Positions 22,955-35,752 of a stretch of 36,399 nucleotides of DNA are shown here, in pieces. Source of the DNA: Octopus sinensis (Eukaryota); the NCBI RefSeq assembly GCF_006345805.1, contig NW_021828080.1:1-36399 (forward strand), in the 5' to 3' direction. Positions within the stretch are counted from its first letter, which is position 1. Each line of letters begins with the position of its first letter. Both the position numbers and the translations under genes were made by a program. The notes under the pieces were generated by a model that was given only the letters and a program-made list of their open reading frames with translations, was not told where the DNA came from and made no database searches.

Positions 22955-23243
22955 AACTTCTATTGGCTCCAGTAGTTGACTGGTATTTCATACTATCAAC
23001 ACTGGAAGGATGAAAATGAAAGCTGCCCTCAGTGGGATTAACATTAGGATTAACATTAAAGAAGCCTCCAGGATCAATGAAACAGCGTACTTTATGTTCT
23101 GAGTTCAAATTCCGCCAAGGTCGACTTTGACTTTTATCATTTCGGGGTTGATAAATCAAGTACCGGCTCCATACTTGGGTCGATCTAATCGACTGGCTTC
23201 CTCACCAAAAATGTCGGGCCTTGTGCCTTGTGTAGAAAAGAAC
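22955..23243. mobile_element. Two family B SINE fragments in opposite orientation (22955-23035 minus; 23085-23243 plus)
   Basis: actggtatttc..ggatgaaaatgaaagctg; ttctgagttcaaattccgccaaggtcgac..gggccttgtgccttgtgtagaaaagaa. Confidence 0.7.
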
Positions 23244-23378
23244 TTATCAATTAAGATGCTGGATCTACGTCAAGGGACGTAGCGTACTAGTCAGGGTGTG
23301 GTGTTGATGGTGTCGACTTTGCCCTTCCCCTCAACTGAATCAACGTAATTACCATGAATATGAAAGCAAAAATCAAAT

Positions 23379-23460
23379 CTATTGCAAATATGGCAGCAAT
23401 GAAGTAGTAGAAACAGTAATACAGCCAATTTTAGTAGTAGTAGTAGTAGTAGTCGTAATG

Positions 23461-23513
<53 letters not shown>

Positions 23514-23529
23514 CGTAGTAGTAGTCGTC

Positions 23530-23562
<33 letters not shown>

Positions 23563-23935
23563 TGGTGGTGGTGGTGGTGGTAGTAGTAGTAGTAGTAGCA
23601 GCAGCAACAGCAATGGTTGTTGTAGTGGCTGTAGTAGTAGTAGTGATGGTGGAGGCAGTGGTGGTGGTGGTGGGTGGTGGTGGTGGTGTATTGCTCCTTG
23701 TAGTGTTTATAGTGATGATCCCTCACGTTGTTTGAAGTTCCAAATGTAGTTGTTTTTCTTGTTGTTGTTGTTGTGTTCAGGGGTTTCATTGTCGGAAAAC
23801 ATCCGTTGGTTGTTTCCTTTGATTTTGTTTTGTTTGTTGTTTGCGCTTGTTGTAGATTGTGACTTTGACAGGAACATATTACTGTTCCGTAGACAAATGG
23901 TGCCTTGTTAGAGATGTTTAGATTCATCTCAGAAT
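23379..23935 (-). CDS. Candidate (terminal) exon of a Thr-rich, mucin-like protein
   Basis: Strong acceptor cttttgcattctttctgttgccttcgtctttatctgtag at 23936+. Open phase-1 frame xSEMNLNISNKAPFVYGTVICSCQSHNLQQAQTTNK..TTTFGTSNN..poly-T..KIGCITVSTTSLLPYLQ*. About 75 non-repetitive stop-free codons precede the microsatellite. No homology could be checked. Confidence 0.3.
23432..23690. repeat. (TAG)n/(TGG)n trinucleotide array
   Basis: Direct reading. Confidence 0.95.
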
Positions 23936-24189
23936 CTACAGATAAAGACGAAGGCAACAGAAAGAATGCAAAAGTAGACGTCTACAATAGACAACAATGG
24001 CTGCCTCTGTCCACGTCAGAAAACAATAAAAGAAATAGATTAGTAAATAAAACGAAATAAAATAATAAGATACTGGAAGTTCATTGACATAAGTGGGATG
24101 TTCACTGTTATAAATATATTACTACACGTTCAATGTGTGCTATACATTTGTACATATACACACACATGTCTACACTCTCTTACATTCGA

Positions 24190-24426
24190 CTGTCTATCTA
24201 TTTATCTATCTATCCACCTATCTATCCATCTATCTATCCATATGTCTATCCATCTGTCTATCTATCTATCTATCTATCTATCTATATATATCTATCTATC
24301 TATCTATATCTATCTATCTATCTATCAATCTATCTACGTATCTATTTATGTATCTATCATCTATATATCCATCTATCTATTATCTCTGTATCATCTATCT
24401 ATCCATCTATCCATCATCTATCCCTC

Positions 24427-24496
<70 letters not shown>

Positions 24497-24605
24497 TTAT
24501 CATCTATCTATCATTTATCATATATCTATCCATCTATCTATCCATCTATCTATCCATCTATCTATCATCTATCTATCATTTATCATATATCTATCCATCT
24601 ATCAA
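24190..24605. repeat. (TATC)n tetranucleotide microsatellite
   Basis: Direct reading; source of the IYLS ORFs. Confidence 0.97.
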
Positions 24606-25184
24606 TCAGTATACGTATAGATATGTCTTTTTGTACCTCTGTCTCTCTCTCTCATATATATATGTGTGTGTATGTGTTTCAGTCTGTGTGTATGTGTGTA
24701 TGCATGTGTACTAGTGATAAAAACATTCTTATATTATATCAAGACAGTATCCTGCGATACGAGCAAGTCATAACTTATCTGAAGATCGCCTTACACACCC
24801 TCAGGTGAAATTCATATTTCCAAGAAACTCTGAGAAGCAAAATATAAAATATCACTTATCTTTACAATGGTATCATCTAGGTAGATACATAAAGACATAC
24901 GTATATACATACATAAAAATATATATGCATGTATGTATGTGTGTTTGTGTGTATATATATATAATCCATATTCAATTAAGAGAAGAAAATGGGGAGTTAA
25001 TGGTTAATAATTATTAATAAATTGCTAATCATTCCTACAATTGAATATCGATTATATGATTAATATATACCTATTGATCTAGGGAAATTTATTTCCCAAG
25101 GATATGAGGTATTGAACCAGTGTATTCTTGGATGTATTCATCCCTTTAAGAGACTCATATATCAAGTAATTAACTTTTACATAC

Positions 25185-25229
<45 letters not shown>

Positions 25230-25606
25230 AATGAATGTTTTTTATATATAATGAACGTGAAATACAGGAAGGGACGAACACGGAACACAGACAAATCATT
25301 CGAAGCCTTCAATCTTCAGTCAGACACCGAATCGTCATAGCAAATTTCGGCTGTTCAATTCTGATATTTGCTCCAACTCGGCCAGCCCCAAGAAAAAAAA
25401 CTAAGCTGTAAGCATTAGATTTCTTGGTAGAAGACAGGAATGTGAACGCACAAGACGGATGTGAATACAAGAGACGAAAACGAAATTGAAAACAGACATA
25501 TATATCCATATATATATTCATATATACATACATATACGGACATCTATACGTATATATATATATATATATACATGAATATATACATACGTATACGGACATC
25601 TATACG

Positions 25607-25643
<37 letters not shown>

Positions 25644-25654
25644 TATATGCATAT

Positions 25655-26000
25655 GTGGACACAGGACGTCATGAAAGGTGCACAACAGAAAAGTACAAAG
25701 CACGAGTACATGGAACATGAACTATTCTTTCGAACAACGAAAGACACGAGTGGAAAACAAAACAACCAACATAAAGAACGACCCTTCATCAGTTGTTGGC
25801 TGTTTTTCTAGCCTCATATTTCGAGCATTTAACAACAATATACGCTTGCGATAAAACAGCTTCTCCCGCAAAGCAAACTAAATAAAATTTGGGATTTGGC
25901 GGAGAGTCAAAATAGATATCACAAACAGGACAGTGAAAACAAACAGGAAGGGCTGCTAAGCCTAAACGAGGTTGTGGTGGCGAACGAATAAATCAAGCTA
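25655..26000 (+). repeat. Interspersed repeat, paralogue of 1285-1640
   Basis: See 1285-1640. Confidence 0.8.
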
Positions 26001-26394
26001 GGACAGGAGACAAACAAGAACACGTCTTCCTTGTTCCAGCTACAACTGAGAGAAAGATAGAAAGATGGCCGATGGTCACGTGGGAGCCATGTAGGCAAGG
26101 AAGGAGGACTGTTGGAAGGAAGTTAGCTTCAAGCAATGCGTATTTACATATACAAAACAACTTTGAGAGACAATAGTGGTTTATTGAGAATGATAGCGTT
26201 TCAGTTTATCGTACCCCGATACGAAAAAATCCACAACCTTCCGTCTTAATAAGCCGCTATTGCCTCTGAGATTTGTTTGTTTTTTTATATAACCTTGAAA
26301 TTAACTTTCTTCCTACAACTCGATCCTTCAATCTTATATTTATGTATCGCTTGTTCATAACCTAGTGAACGCTGTATGGAAGACACGGAAATAT

Positions 26395-26425
<31 letters not shown>

Positions 26426-26439
26426 TACACATATGTATA

Positions 26440-26676
26440 TGTCTACATCTATGTGTTATTGTCTCTGTGTCTTTGTTTGTGCCCCCATCCAAGCTTGATA
26501 ACCGGTGTTAGTGTGATTACGTCCCCGTAACATTAGCGTATCGGCAAAAGAGACCGATAGAATAAGTACTGAGCTGTAAATATTCATCCTTGGCTCGATT
26601 TGGTCGACTCTAAAACCCTTGATGGCGGTACTCCAGCATGGCCGCAGTCAAGTGACTCAAATAAAAGATAAAAGAA
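26440..26676 (+). mobile_element. SINE family A, 3' half
   Basis: gtctttgtttgtgcccc..gagaccgatagaataagtact..ggcggtactccagcatggccgcagtcaagtgactcaaataaaagataaaaga. Confidence 0.85.
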
Positions 26677-27020
26677 TATATATATATAATATATATATAT
26701 AATATATATATATATTATATATATATATTACGTAATTTATTAAGCGAAACAATTGTCCTGAATTAATCTGCATTTTTGTTATTTTTTATTTGCCCTGTTC
26801 GTTTACGCTAATAATTGTGCTAACTTTCATCGGAAACAATTCTTCGTGGCTGAAACCTAGCGGATCTATTTTTAGTGCTAGAGTCGACCACATAGTGGTC
26901 ACCCTCTTATATTTACGTATAAAATGTTATTGCATTCCTGGTTTTTATGCACTAAGCCACTTGGTGTTAAATTGATGGTACTATTAAATTAGTATCCAAT
27001 TTTCTTACCCTTATTAGTTG

Positions 27021-27053
<33 letters not shown>

Positions 27054-27164
27054 GGAGAGAGAGAGAGAGGGCGAGGAGAGAGAGAGAGGGTGTGCAAGGA
27101 AAGATGGAGAAACAGCAGGTGAGAGAAAGAGAAGAGACCCTGTCTGTGTCTGCGTGGGCGTATA

Positions 27165-27300
27165 TATATATATCTGCTTCATACTACGCTCATCGTCTCT
27201 TCCGACATAAGTCTTTCGCACCGAACTTAGTAAATAAGTTGATGATTGCAAGTCAATATTTGTTTTACTTCATTCGCAGCGGTATTTCTCTTGAAATATA
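27165..27300 (-). mobile_element. Possible decayed Penelope-like GIY-YIG endonuclease fragment
   Basis: Minus strand, with one frameshift: VKQILTCNHQLIY*VRC / KTYVGRDDERSMKQI, resembling the PLE TC...LIY.I.C..C...YIG pattern. Confidence 0.3.
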
Positions 27301-28805
27301 TTTACCTCATACATAGCATCGCTATCTTTTCTATCTTACAAACGGAAGATTTATCTGGAAATTCTTATGTTTTTTCGCTAATTGATTTCACATTCGACAG
27401 AAACCAAGAATTCTCTCCTGTTCTTGGAATGTTATTATTTTCCAAACTAGTCTTGTCAATTAGTGTACGCCACTTAAATATATCTTGACTCATCTTTTTT
27501 TAACAGCATGGAAGCGTTTAGCTCCTATCATACTATCTCTTTATATTTATGTATCCTAGCGCGTCTCTCATTTTATCTTTTCCTCTATTTTTCCATTATT
27601 TTCCATCGATGTATGTCGCATAAATATTATAACATAGATTCACCAGAATTTGGGAAATAATTCACCTTCTTGCACTGGGGTCAATGTAATCGACTTAACT
27701 CCGCCCCACGAGATTTCTGACCGTATGCCAAAATTTGAAACCGTTGTTATTATTGTTGTTTAGCTTCATAACCGCCCTCGTCAAGTAGACCAATGATCTA
27801 TGGTGTTGTGGTTATCATCAATTTATATATTTTGTTTTGCGGGCATGGCTTATCTAGGATTACTTTCACAACTGTGTCTTCATTTTTAAAGGCTGTATAG
27901 TTCGATATAAAGCTGATTCAAAGAAGTTCCCTCGCTGACTGTGATATTAAATATGCTTTCAATGACTCTTGCTAACAGCTCCTTATTATCTCTGAAATAA
28001 ATCTAATGAGGTTAAAGTAGGGGATGTGAGACATGATGCTGCGCCTGGTTTCCGCAACAGAGGACACTCAGATGACAGTCAAACTAAATATCCTGTTTAA
28101 GAATACAGAATAGCTGGAGTCCACACAGAAATCGATGGTTCCAAGCTGCAATTATCTCGGCTTTTGTTTAAGCTATCATTTTAAAAACCTTTCACCAACG
28201 TTAACCCTTGTCCCTTAAATATTTTCCATTTAGTCGTATAATGAATTCTTCCTAAAAAATATATCGCAGTCCCTAATTCAATTAGCGCTTTAGCGATTCT
28301 GGTTCTTTCCGTACTGATCTCAAATCTTGTGGAGCTGAACTTTATTTTTTAACATTACTGGATCGATAAAATATGTAATGTACACAACGGTATCAAATAA
28401 TTCCTCTCCCCTCAAAATTGGTGGGCCCGTGCTTAAATCAACAGTCAAAATTCATATTGAGTTTACATGCACTTTAAGTAAGTGACTTTTATTTGTCAGA
28501 CAAAACCAGATTGGATTCAAACTACGAAATTATAATTTTAATCTGGAGCTAATAACATTCTTATCTGCATTGTGGAGGTCACTGGTCTTACATATCTGAT
28601 AACGATCAGGGATGAAATTGATTGATATGAACAGATAAATATGAAGATTGCTTCATCTCTGAAGATGAGGTTAATTATCTGAAATATATAAAGTTTATGA
28701 ATAATCACCTCAAATACATAGCATAGTGTTGCAGTTAATTTTGATGCTGCATTTTCCGATTATTTACATTCGATGAGGGTATTTGTCCTCATCTTGTTTC
28801 TTGTT

Positions 28806-28851
28806 AATACAACGCTTCGGCTGATATACCTTCCAGCCTTCATCGGGTATC
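28806..28851 (-). ncRNA. Hammerhead-like motif, variant core (left arm)
   Basis: gatac-CCGATGA-a-ggctg-gaaggtatat-cagcc-GAAG-cg-TT-gtatt: stems I and II pair; core deviates (U4C, GAAG). Confidence 0.45.
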
Positions 28852-28932
28852 TTGGGGAAATATCGAACATGGGTTCTCATTCCTTAGGTATTTTTCGATG
28901 AGAATGAGAACCCATGTTCGAAGTTTCCCCAA

Positions 28933-28978
28933 GACACCCGATGAGGGCTGGAGGTTATATCATCCGACACGTTCTGTT
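28933..28978 (+). ncRNA. Hammerhead-like motif, degenerate (right arm)
   Basis: gacac-CCGATGA-g-ggctg-gaggttatat-catcc-GACA-cg-TT-ctgtt; likely inactive. Confidence 0.35.
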
Positions 28979-29074
28979 AACATCAAACAAGACGAGGACA
29001 AATATCTGTCAAATGTAAATAATGTACATGATGTACGTAACTCCTCATCTTTTAAATATAGAACTGCATTTCCC

Positions 29075-29770
29075 AAGTTTGGAAGAAAGGGCGATGTCCA
29101 TGTCCTTTGCAAGCCCTCCAAAACTAGTGAGACTTTCCGTTGATGTTCGGGTTAAAGTATTGCATGGTGACACCTATTAGAAAGACAAAAGCTGGGAAGC
29201 GGGTCCACAGAGTGGAAGTTCACGGTATTGAGTACATAGGTTAGTTCGTGGTCTGAGTCTGAACTACTGGGCACGAAACGGATGATGTGAGGAGGAGATA
29301 ATGGATGACTGAGTGGAGGAGGCTCGTGACATGTCACCTCCCAGAAACGGAGAATATTATATTAGCAATTGTAAAGGTAGTGTGAGGTGAAGGACGGAGC
29401 TTGTCTGTCACGGTTTTGATACCAACTAATCAAGTGGCCTTCCTCTGGATGCGATCATTGACTACCGACCAGGGATGCGGATCCATTTACTGTCTGAGGT
29501 CTTCCACTTGGTTTTGTGACCTTTTTTCACGACACAGCTTCCAGGCCCTTTCGTGTGCATCGAGCTTTGCTTTACCCTTCCGCAATACAGCTGTTAAATT
29601 GTATCGACCGTCGTTCTCCCTCAGGCAATAACATTGCTTTGTGGGAAAATTCCTGACAAGGCCTTAACCACGGAGACGTCTAGTTCGTGTCGCCGTGTCA
29701 GGTTTTGCCAACGTATTCTGAAAGAAGACATTCTTGGTGTTCGTCGTTGGTCACCCTGGATATACGCTTG
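29075..29770 (-). mobile_element. Decayed LINE, APE endonuclease-like remnant
   Basis: GC-richer block. Minus-strand fragments in APE-like order: KLDAHERAW (GDFNAH..W-like), WSVVND, then SDSDHELTYV (SDH motif). Many stops. Confidence 0.4.
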
Positions 29771-29805
29771 CCACAGAAAGGGATATTATTTGAGGGATAT
29801 TTCAT

Positions 29806-30192
29806 AGGCGCAGTTGTAGTTGTGTGGTAAGAAGCTTACTTCCCAACCACATGGTTCCGGGTTCAGACCAAATGTCTTCTGCTATAGCCCCGGGCCGACC
29901 AAAGCCTTGTGAATGGATTTCTTAGACAGAAACTTAAAGAAGCCCGTCGTGTATATATATGTGTGTGTGCGTGTGTGCGTGTGTGTGCGTGTGTGTGTAC
30001 GTGTATGTGCGTGTGTATGTATATAAATGTATATGTATGTGTGTCTGTCTCCCCATCATCGCTTCACAACCAACGTTGTTGAGTTTCCTTCTCCGTAACT
30101 TAGCAGTTCGGCAAAAGTGTCCGATTGAATGAGTATTAGGTGGTGTTCCAGCATGAGCGTAGTCAAATGACTGAAACAAGTGAAAGAATAAG
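29806..30192 (+). mobile_element. SINE family A with deletions
   Basis: ggcgcagttgtagttgtgtggtaagaagc..gtcaaatgactgaaacaagtgaaagaataagag. Confidence 0.85.
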
Positions 30193-30344
30193 AGAATATT
30201 ATTTAAATTCTAGCAACTCGATTGGCAATAAACAGCAGTCACAGACGTTTCATAAACGATACAACGCAAGATTTGGCATGACTGAAACTTAACAAAACCA
30301 TCTTGCAATATTTTCTTATAAAAATCTTATTTCCTTAAAACTCA

Positions 30345-31121
<777 letters not shown>

Positions 31122-31165
31122 TTATATGCATATATACATATATATATATATGTGTATATATATAT

Positions 31166-31710
<545 letters not shown>

Positions 31711-31743
31711 TATATATGCATATATACTATATATATATATGTG

Positions 31744-31796
<53 letters not shown>

Positions 31797-31822
31797 ATAT
31801 ATTATATATATATTATATATAA

Positions 31823-31854
<32 letters not shown>

Positions 31855-32569
31855 TGTATGTGTATGTATATATGTATATACGTATATATAAGTAAAAGTG
31901 TATTAAAGAAGTTAATATATCGATATTACAATATGCAGGACGAGTGAGGTCTGCCGTCACACAGACGGAAAACACAAGCAAAAATATATTCCTGCTATAT
32001 TTTCCATGGTCGGCCATATTGGTATTATATATCACTCTCTCACCAAACTGTTAAAGTCTTTTGCAAATACCGGTCGGCTGTTTAAGCAAGAATGTTGGCA
32101 CGTCGCCATCTCCGCCTCTCCTAAACTTGATAGTATTTTGAATACTATTTTTATAAAATCAGAGGTTGATTCTTTGGTTATAATTGCTAAAATGATTCTA
32201 TTATTGTTTTCGCAATTCTTCCCAGGTGAAATCCGTCTGATTTTCATATGCCGGAGTTTCTATGTGGACTAACTAGCTATTAAATATAACCAACGAAATC
32301 TACCTTAAAGCATGTAACAACTAGTTAAGATAAAGGAAAACTCCAGTTATTGTGGGTAGGATTACTTTATTATTACTGAAAAACAAAAACGATTATAGAG
32401 ATATGAATAGAAGAGCGTTTCTCATAAGGCTTTGCTAAACTAGACAGACGGCAACAACAACTAACACACACACATGGCGGAAAAGGAGTTAATAGTCCAT
32501 ACAAATCAAAAATTATGGCTTTATGGCTAAAATGTGTGTGTGTATATATATATACATTTTTCAAAATGT

Positions 32570-32790
32570 GACCTCATGTGTACAGTTGGCGATTTTTTGT
32601 CCTCTGTCTTCCCTTCTCTGGATCTTTCCTTTACCTATGTTTCCGACGAAGAGCTCCGCTCGAAACGTTGAACCCTCCTTCTTTCCTTCTTTCCTGAGCG
32701 CCCAATAATACTATATTTGTTCCACGTCCTCACGTTGTTGTGTTTTTTTGTGTTTTCTTGTTGGATTAACTTTATATATATATATATATC
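32570..32790 (+). repeat. Penelope-pLTR-like short repeat with hammerhead-like motif (32639-32673)
   Basis: gttt-CCGACGA-a-gagc-tcc-gctc-GAAA-cg-TT-gaac; architecture shared with 34030-34235 (minus). Confidence 0.5.
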
Positions 32791-32794
32791 GGGC

Positions 32795-32900
32795 GACACC
32801 GTCGGTTACGTCGACGACGGTTGCAGTTGATCTGATCAACAGAACAGCCTGCTCGCGAAATTAAAGTGCATGTGGCTGAGCACATCACAGACATGTGTAG
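32795..32900 (-). mobile_element. SINE family D 3' fragment
   Basis: ggttacgtcgacgacggttgcagttgatctgatcaacagaacagcctgctc matches the reverse complement of 6410-6487. Confidence 0.65.
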
Positions 32901-33079
32901 ACTAAATACTGTGCCACTGCGCCTCCACCTATACACACACACACCATGATGGGGCGGATTTTACTTGGGAAGAATTTCTAAGGCAATAACAAAATTCTTT
33001 AGAGTCACCATAACGTGGCTGTCCTTCAAGAGACGACGACACTGCCATTTGACCGCAGAAAGTCATCTCCTCCCGCTGG

Positions 33080-33660
33080 TTTATTCAATAGACTTCTCGC
33101 ATTTATTGCAAGCGGGAGATTACTTCTGCCACAATAGCTCTGGGCACAACAGACCCCGTGGTTTCGGTCTGTATTGGAGTTTCTCGAGGTGGTTATGCCA
33201 GCATTTTATCCACGCTTGCAGAATATAGAAAATACAATATCATATAACCAGTGATTTTATAACTAAGAAATTAGACCGATAGAAAAACTCTGTTCGAAAG
33301 AGACGCAGTATAAGAACCAAAAAAGTATTGTTTATAACAACTTTAATATGGATTTCCTCTAAGAGACGGCGATATTGGGCTTTTGATACAGGAAGACGGA
33401 ATCAGTGGTTGCTGGACACTGTATGATCTATATTAAGCAAGCACGGATAAACTGCCATGCCTGACGAGCGAATAACCACCAGAAAGGAGATCTAATACAG
33501 ATAGAAGCTACGTGGTCTTGGAGTTAGGGGTGCAGGAGTTATCCACCGCTTACAATAAATATCAAGTGAAGGAAACGCACGCAATAAACCAGCTGGAGGA
33601 GAACAGCCGCATTAAAGTGGCTATAAAACAGTACGATTTGGCTCAAAATGCTGCTTCTAT
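33080..33660 (+). mobile_element. Decayed LINE (RTE-like) APE endonuclease remnant
   Basis: Fragments in APE-like order: YFCHNSSGHNRPRGFGL, aacaactttaat (GDFN-like), IGAFDTGRRN-like, ..AINQLE; many stops and frameshifts. Confidence 0.35.
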
Positions 33661-34029
33661 GTCGAATAGAAATTTTGTAACGGAATAATAGTTATTTAAG
33701 CATTTACATATGTGTATATATGTATGTGTGTGTTTCTGTGTGTATACTTACCTACGTGTGGATATACAAACATGTGTGTGTGCATATATATATATATACA
33801 CATTCACACGCTCAAATAATTATATGATTAGATACGTGGTAAAAAATATTCCTCGTGAAATCAGAAATAGCTGATCGACATCTTCCTAAATGTTATCGAA
33901 CATTACAATCAAGCATTTTAAAATGAAACAAAATCAATGAAAGGAAAAAGGCATCTGCTTCTTTTTCTTATTTAGAGACGTGTGCACAAACTCACATACA
34001 CACACACACATATTTATATGTGTACATCA

Positions 34030-34235
34030 AAATATATATATATATAGGAGAATTCACAAAAAAAAACAAAAGACGAAAACAGGTGGTGTAGATAACAAGC
34101 GGATGTATTAGTATAACGCTCGAGAAATGAAAAAGTCTTTAACGTTTCGAGCCTACGCTCTTGAACAGAAGAAGAAATAAGGAAAGAAACGAGGAGGGAA
34201 AATAAAGAATGTGTAGTGGCTAGCGATCTATCATA
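34030..34235 (-). repeat. Penelope-pLTR-like short repeat with degenerate hammerhead-like motif (34136-34173)
   Basis: Minus: ttctt-CTGTTCA-a-gagc-gtag-gctc-GAAA-cg-TT-aaaga, followed by ctcgagcg..taata and a U-rich tail as in 32570-32790. Confidence 0.45.
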
Positions 34236-34339
34236 GCGAAGGCCGGACAGAAGGGTCACACAGGAGGGCTAGGAAGAAGGGGAGATCATAAAGTAGTAGT
34301 GATCCCAAAACGAAAGTGCGCGTGCATTTGTATAAGAGA

Positions 34340-34478
34340 GTATGTTTGTGCACATATATATGTATATATATATATGTGTGTGTGTGTACATAAATATATA
34401 TGTATATATATATATGTGTGTACATATATATAGCATATATATGTACATATGTATACATATGTATATACATATATATAT

Positions 34479-34520
<42 letters not shown>

Positions 34521-34595
34521 TATATACATATATAGATAGATATATATATACATTATATATATATTTACATATATCATATATATATATATACATAC

Positions 34596-34645
<50 letters not shown>

Positions 34646-34720
34646 GCATATGTATATATATATATATATAATATATATATATATATATGCTTACATATTT
34701 ATGTAGACATATATATGCGT
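34340..34720. repeat. Interrupted (TA)n microsatellite
   Basis: Direct reading. Confidence 0.95.
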
Positions 34721-35425
34721 GACTAAGAGTGTAGATATCTATTCATATATAGCATATCAGTCACTCGTTTGCACACACACAGACACACACACCTACACAC
34801 TTATATATGTTTGTGTGTGTGAGTTTGCGTGTGTACAAACGAGAGACTAATCTGCATTATAGATGTAGATGTGTAAAATGTCAGTCATGTTCCATTGCGT
34901 GGAAAAGTAACTTACCAAAGTTTCAAACGTGGTTATTTTCTCCCCTAAACCTATATGTATATATAAAGCTTATTTATCTCTCACCTCTCTATCTGCCTAT
35001 CTACATGAATGTATGCATATATATATATATACATGCATGCCCTCGTATATACGTATGTGTAAGTATTTCTGTGTGTATGTTGATACGTATATACATGCAT
35101 ACATATATATGTATTTTCTTTCATGCATGTATATACATACGTACCTACATGTGTGTGTTTCATTTGGTGTATATCTGTCTATGTTTGCGTCTGTGTACAT
35201 GTTTATCTCTGTATCTAGTATCAAATATAACACATAGTATGTGAGGTGTTTGCAATGATGTATGTAAGAATGCTTTGTTGGTGAATGGATGCCTAATTTC
35301 TGGCCTAGACAAGAGCCAAGTCATTAATTACGACAAGCTTCCATGTTGTTTATTGAAATTAATCTCATTTGGTATTTGCAGTGTTATATTTTTCAAGTTT
35401 GTTTAATGGTATTAATGAAAAGATA

Positions 35426-35467
<42 letters not shown>

Positions 35468-35477
35468 ATATTATAAG

Positions 35478-35752
35478 TGCTGGAGTGGCTAGGTTGTAAG
35501 ACTCTTGCTTCCAAAGCATATGATTTCGGGTTCAGCCCCATTGCTTGGCACCTTGGGTGAGTGTCTTCTGCTATAGCCTAGGGACCACTAAAGCATTGTG
35601 AGTGGACGGGAATTGAAAAAAGAGGCCCGTCGTATATGTGTGTGTGTGAGTGTATTTATATGTCTGTGTTTGTCCTCCCATCACCACCACGGCTGCTTGA
35701 CATCCGATGTTGGTGTGTTTATGTACCCGTAACTTAGCAGTTCGGCAAAGAA
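35478..35752 (+). mobile_element. SINE family A, 3'-truncated and diverged
   Basis: gtgctggagtggctaggttgtaagactcttgcttcc..gggttcagccccattgcttggcaccttggg..cgtaacttagcagttcggcaaag. Confidence 0.85.

Larger units (their letters stand above)
28759..29070. repeat. Fold-back of a Penelope-pLTR-like repeat: about 122-bp inverted arms, about 20-nt loop
   Basis: Arms 28759-28881 and 28903-29023, e.g. cgaacatgggttctcatt / aatgagaacccatgttcg and atttgtcctcatcttgttt / aaacaagacgaggacaaat. Confidence 0.92.

Noticed and set aside
24098-24808. 236-aa IYLS-repeat ORF
   Set aside because: Translation of (TATC)n.
25725-25800. Minus-strand CTGATGA ... GAAA pair
   Set aside because: The intervening sequence is U-rich and cannot form stem II.
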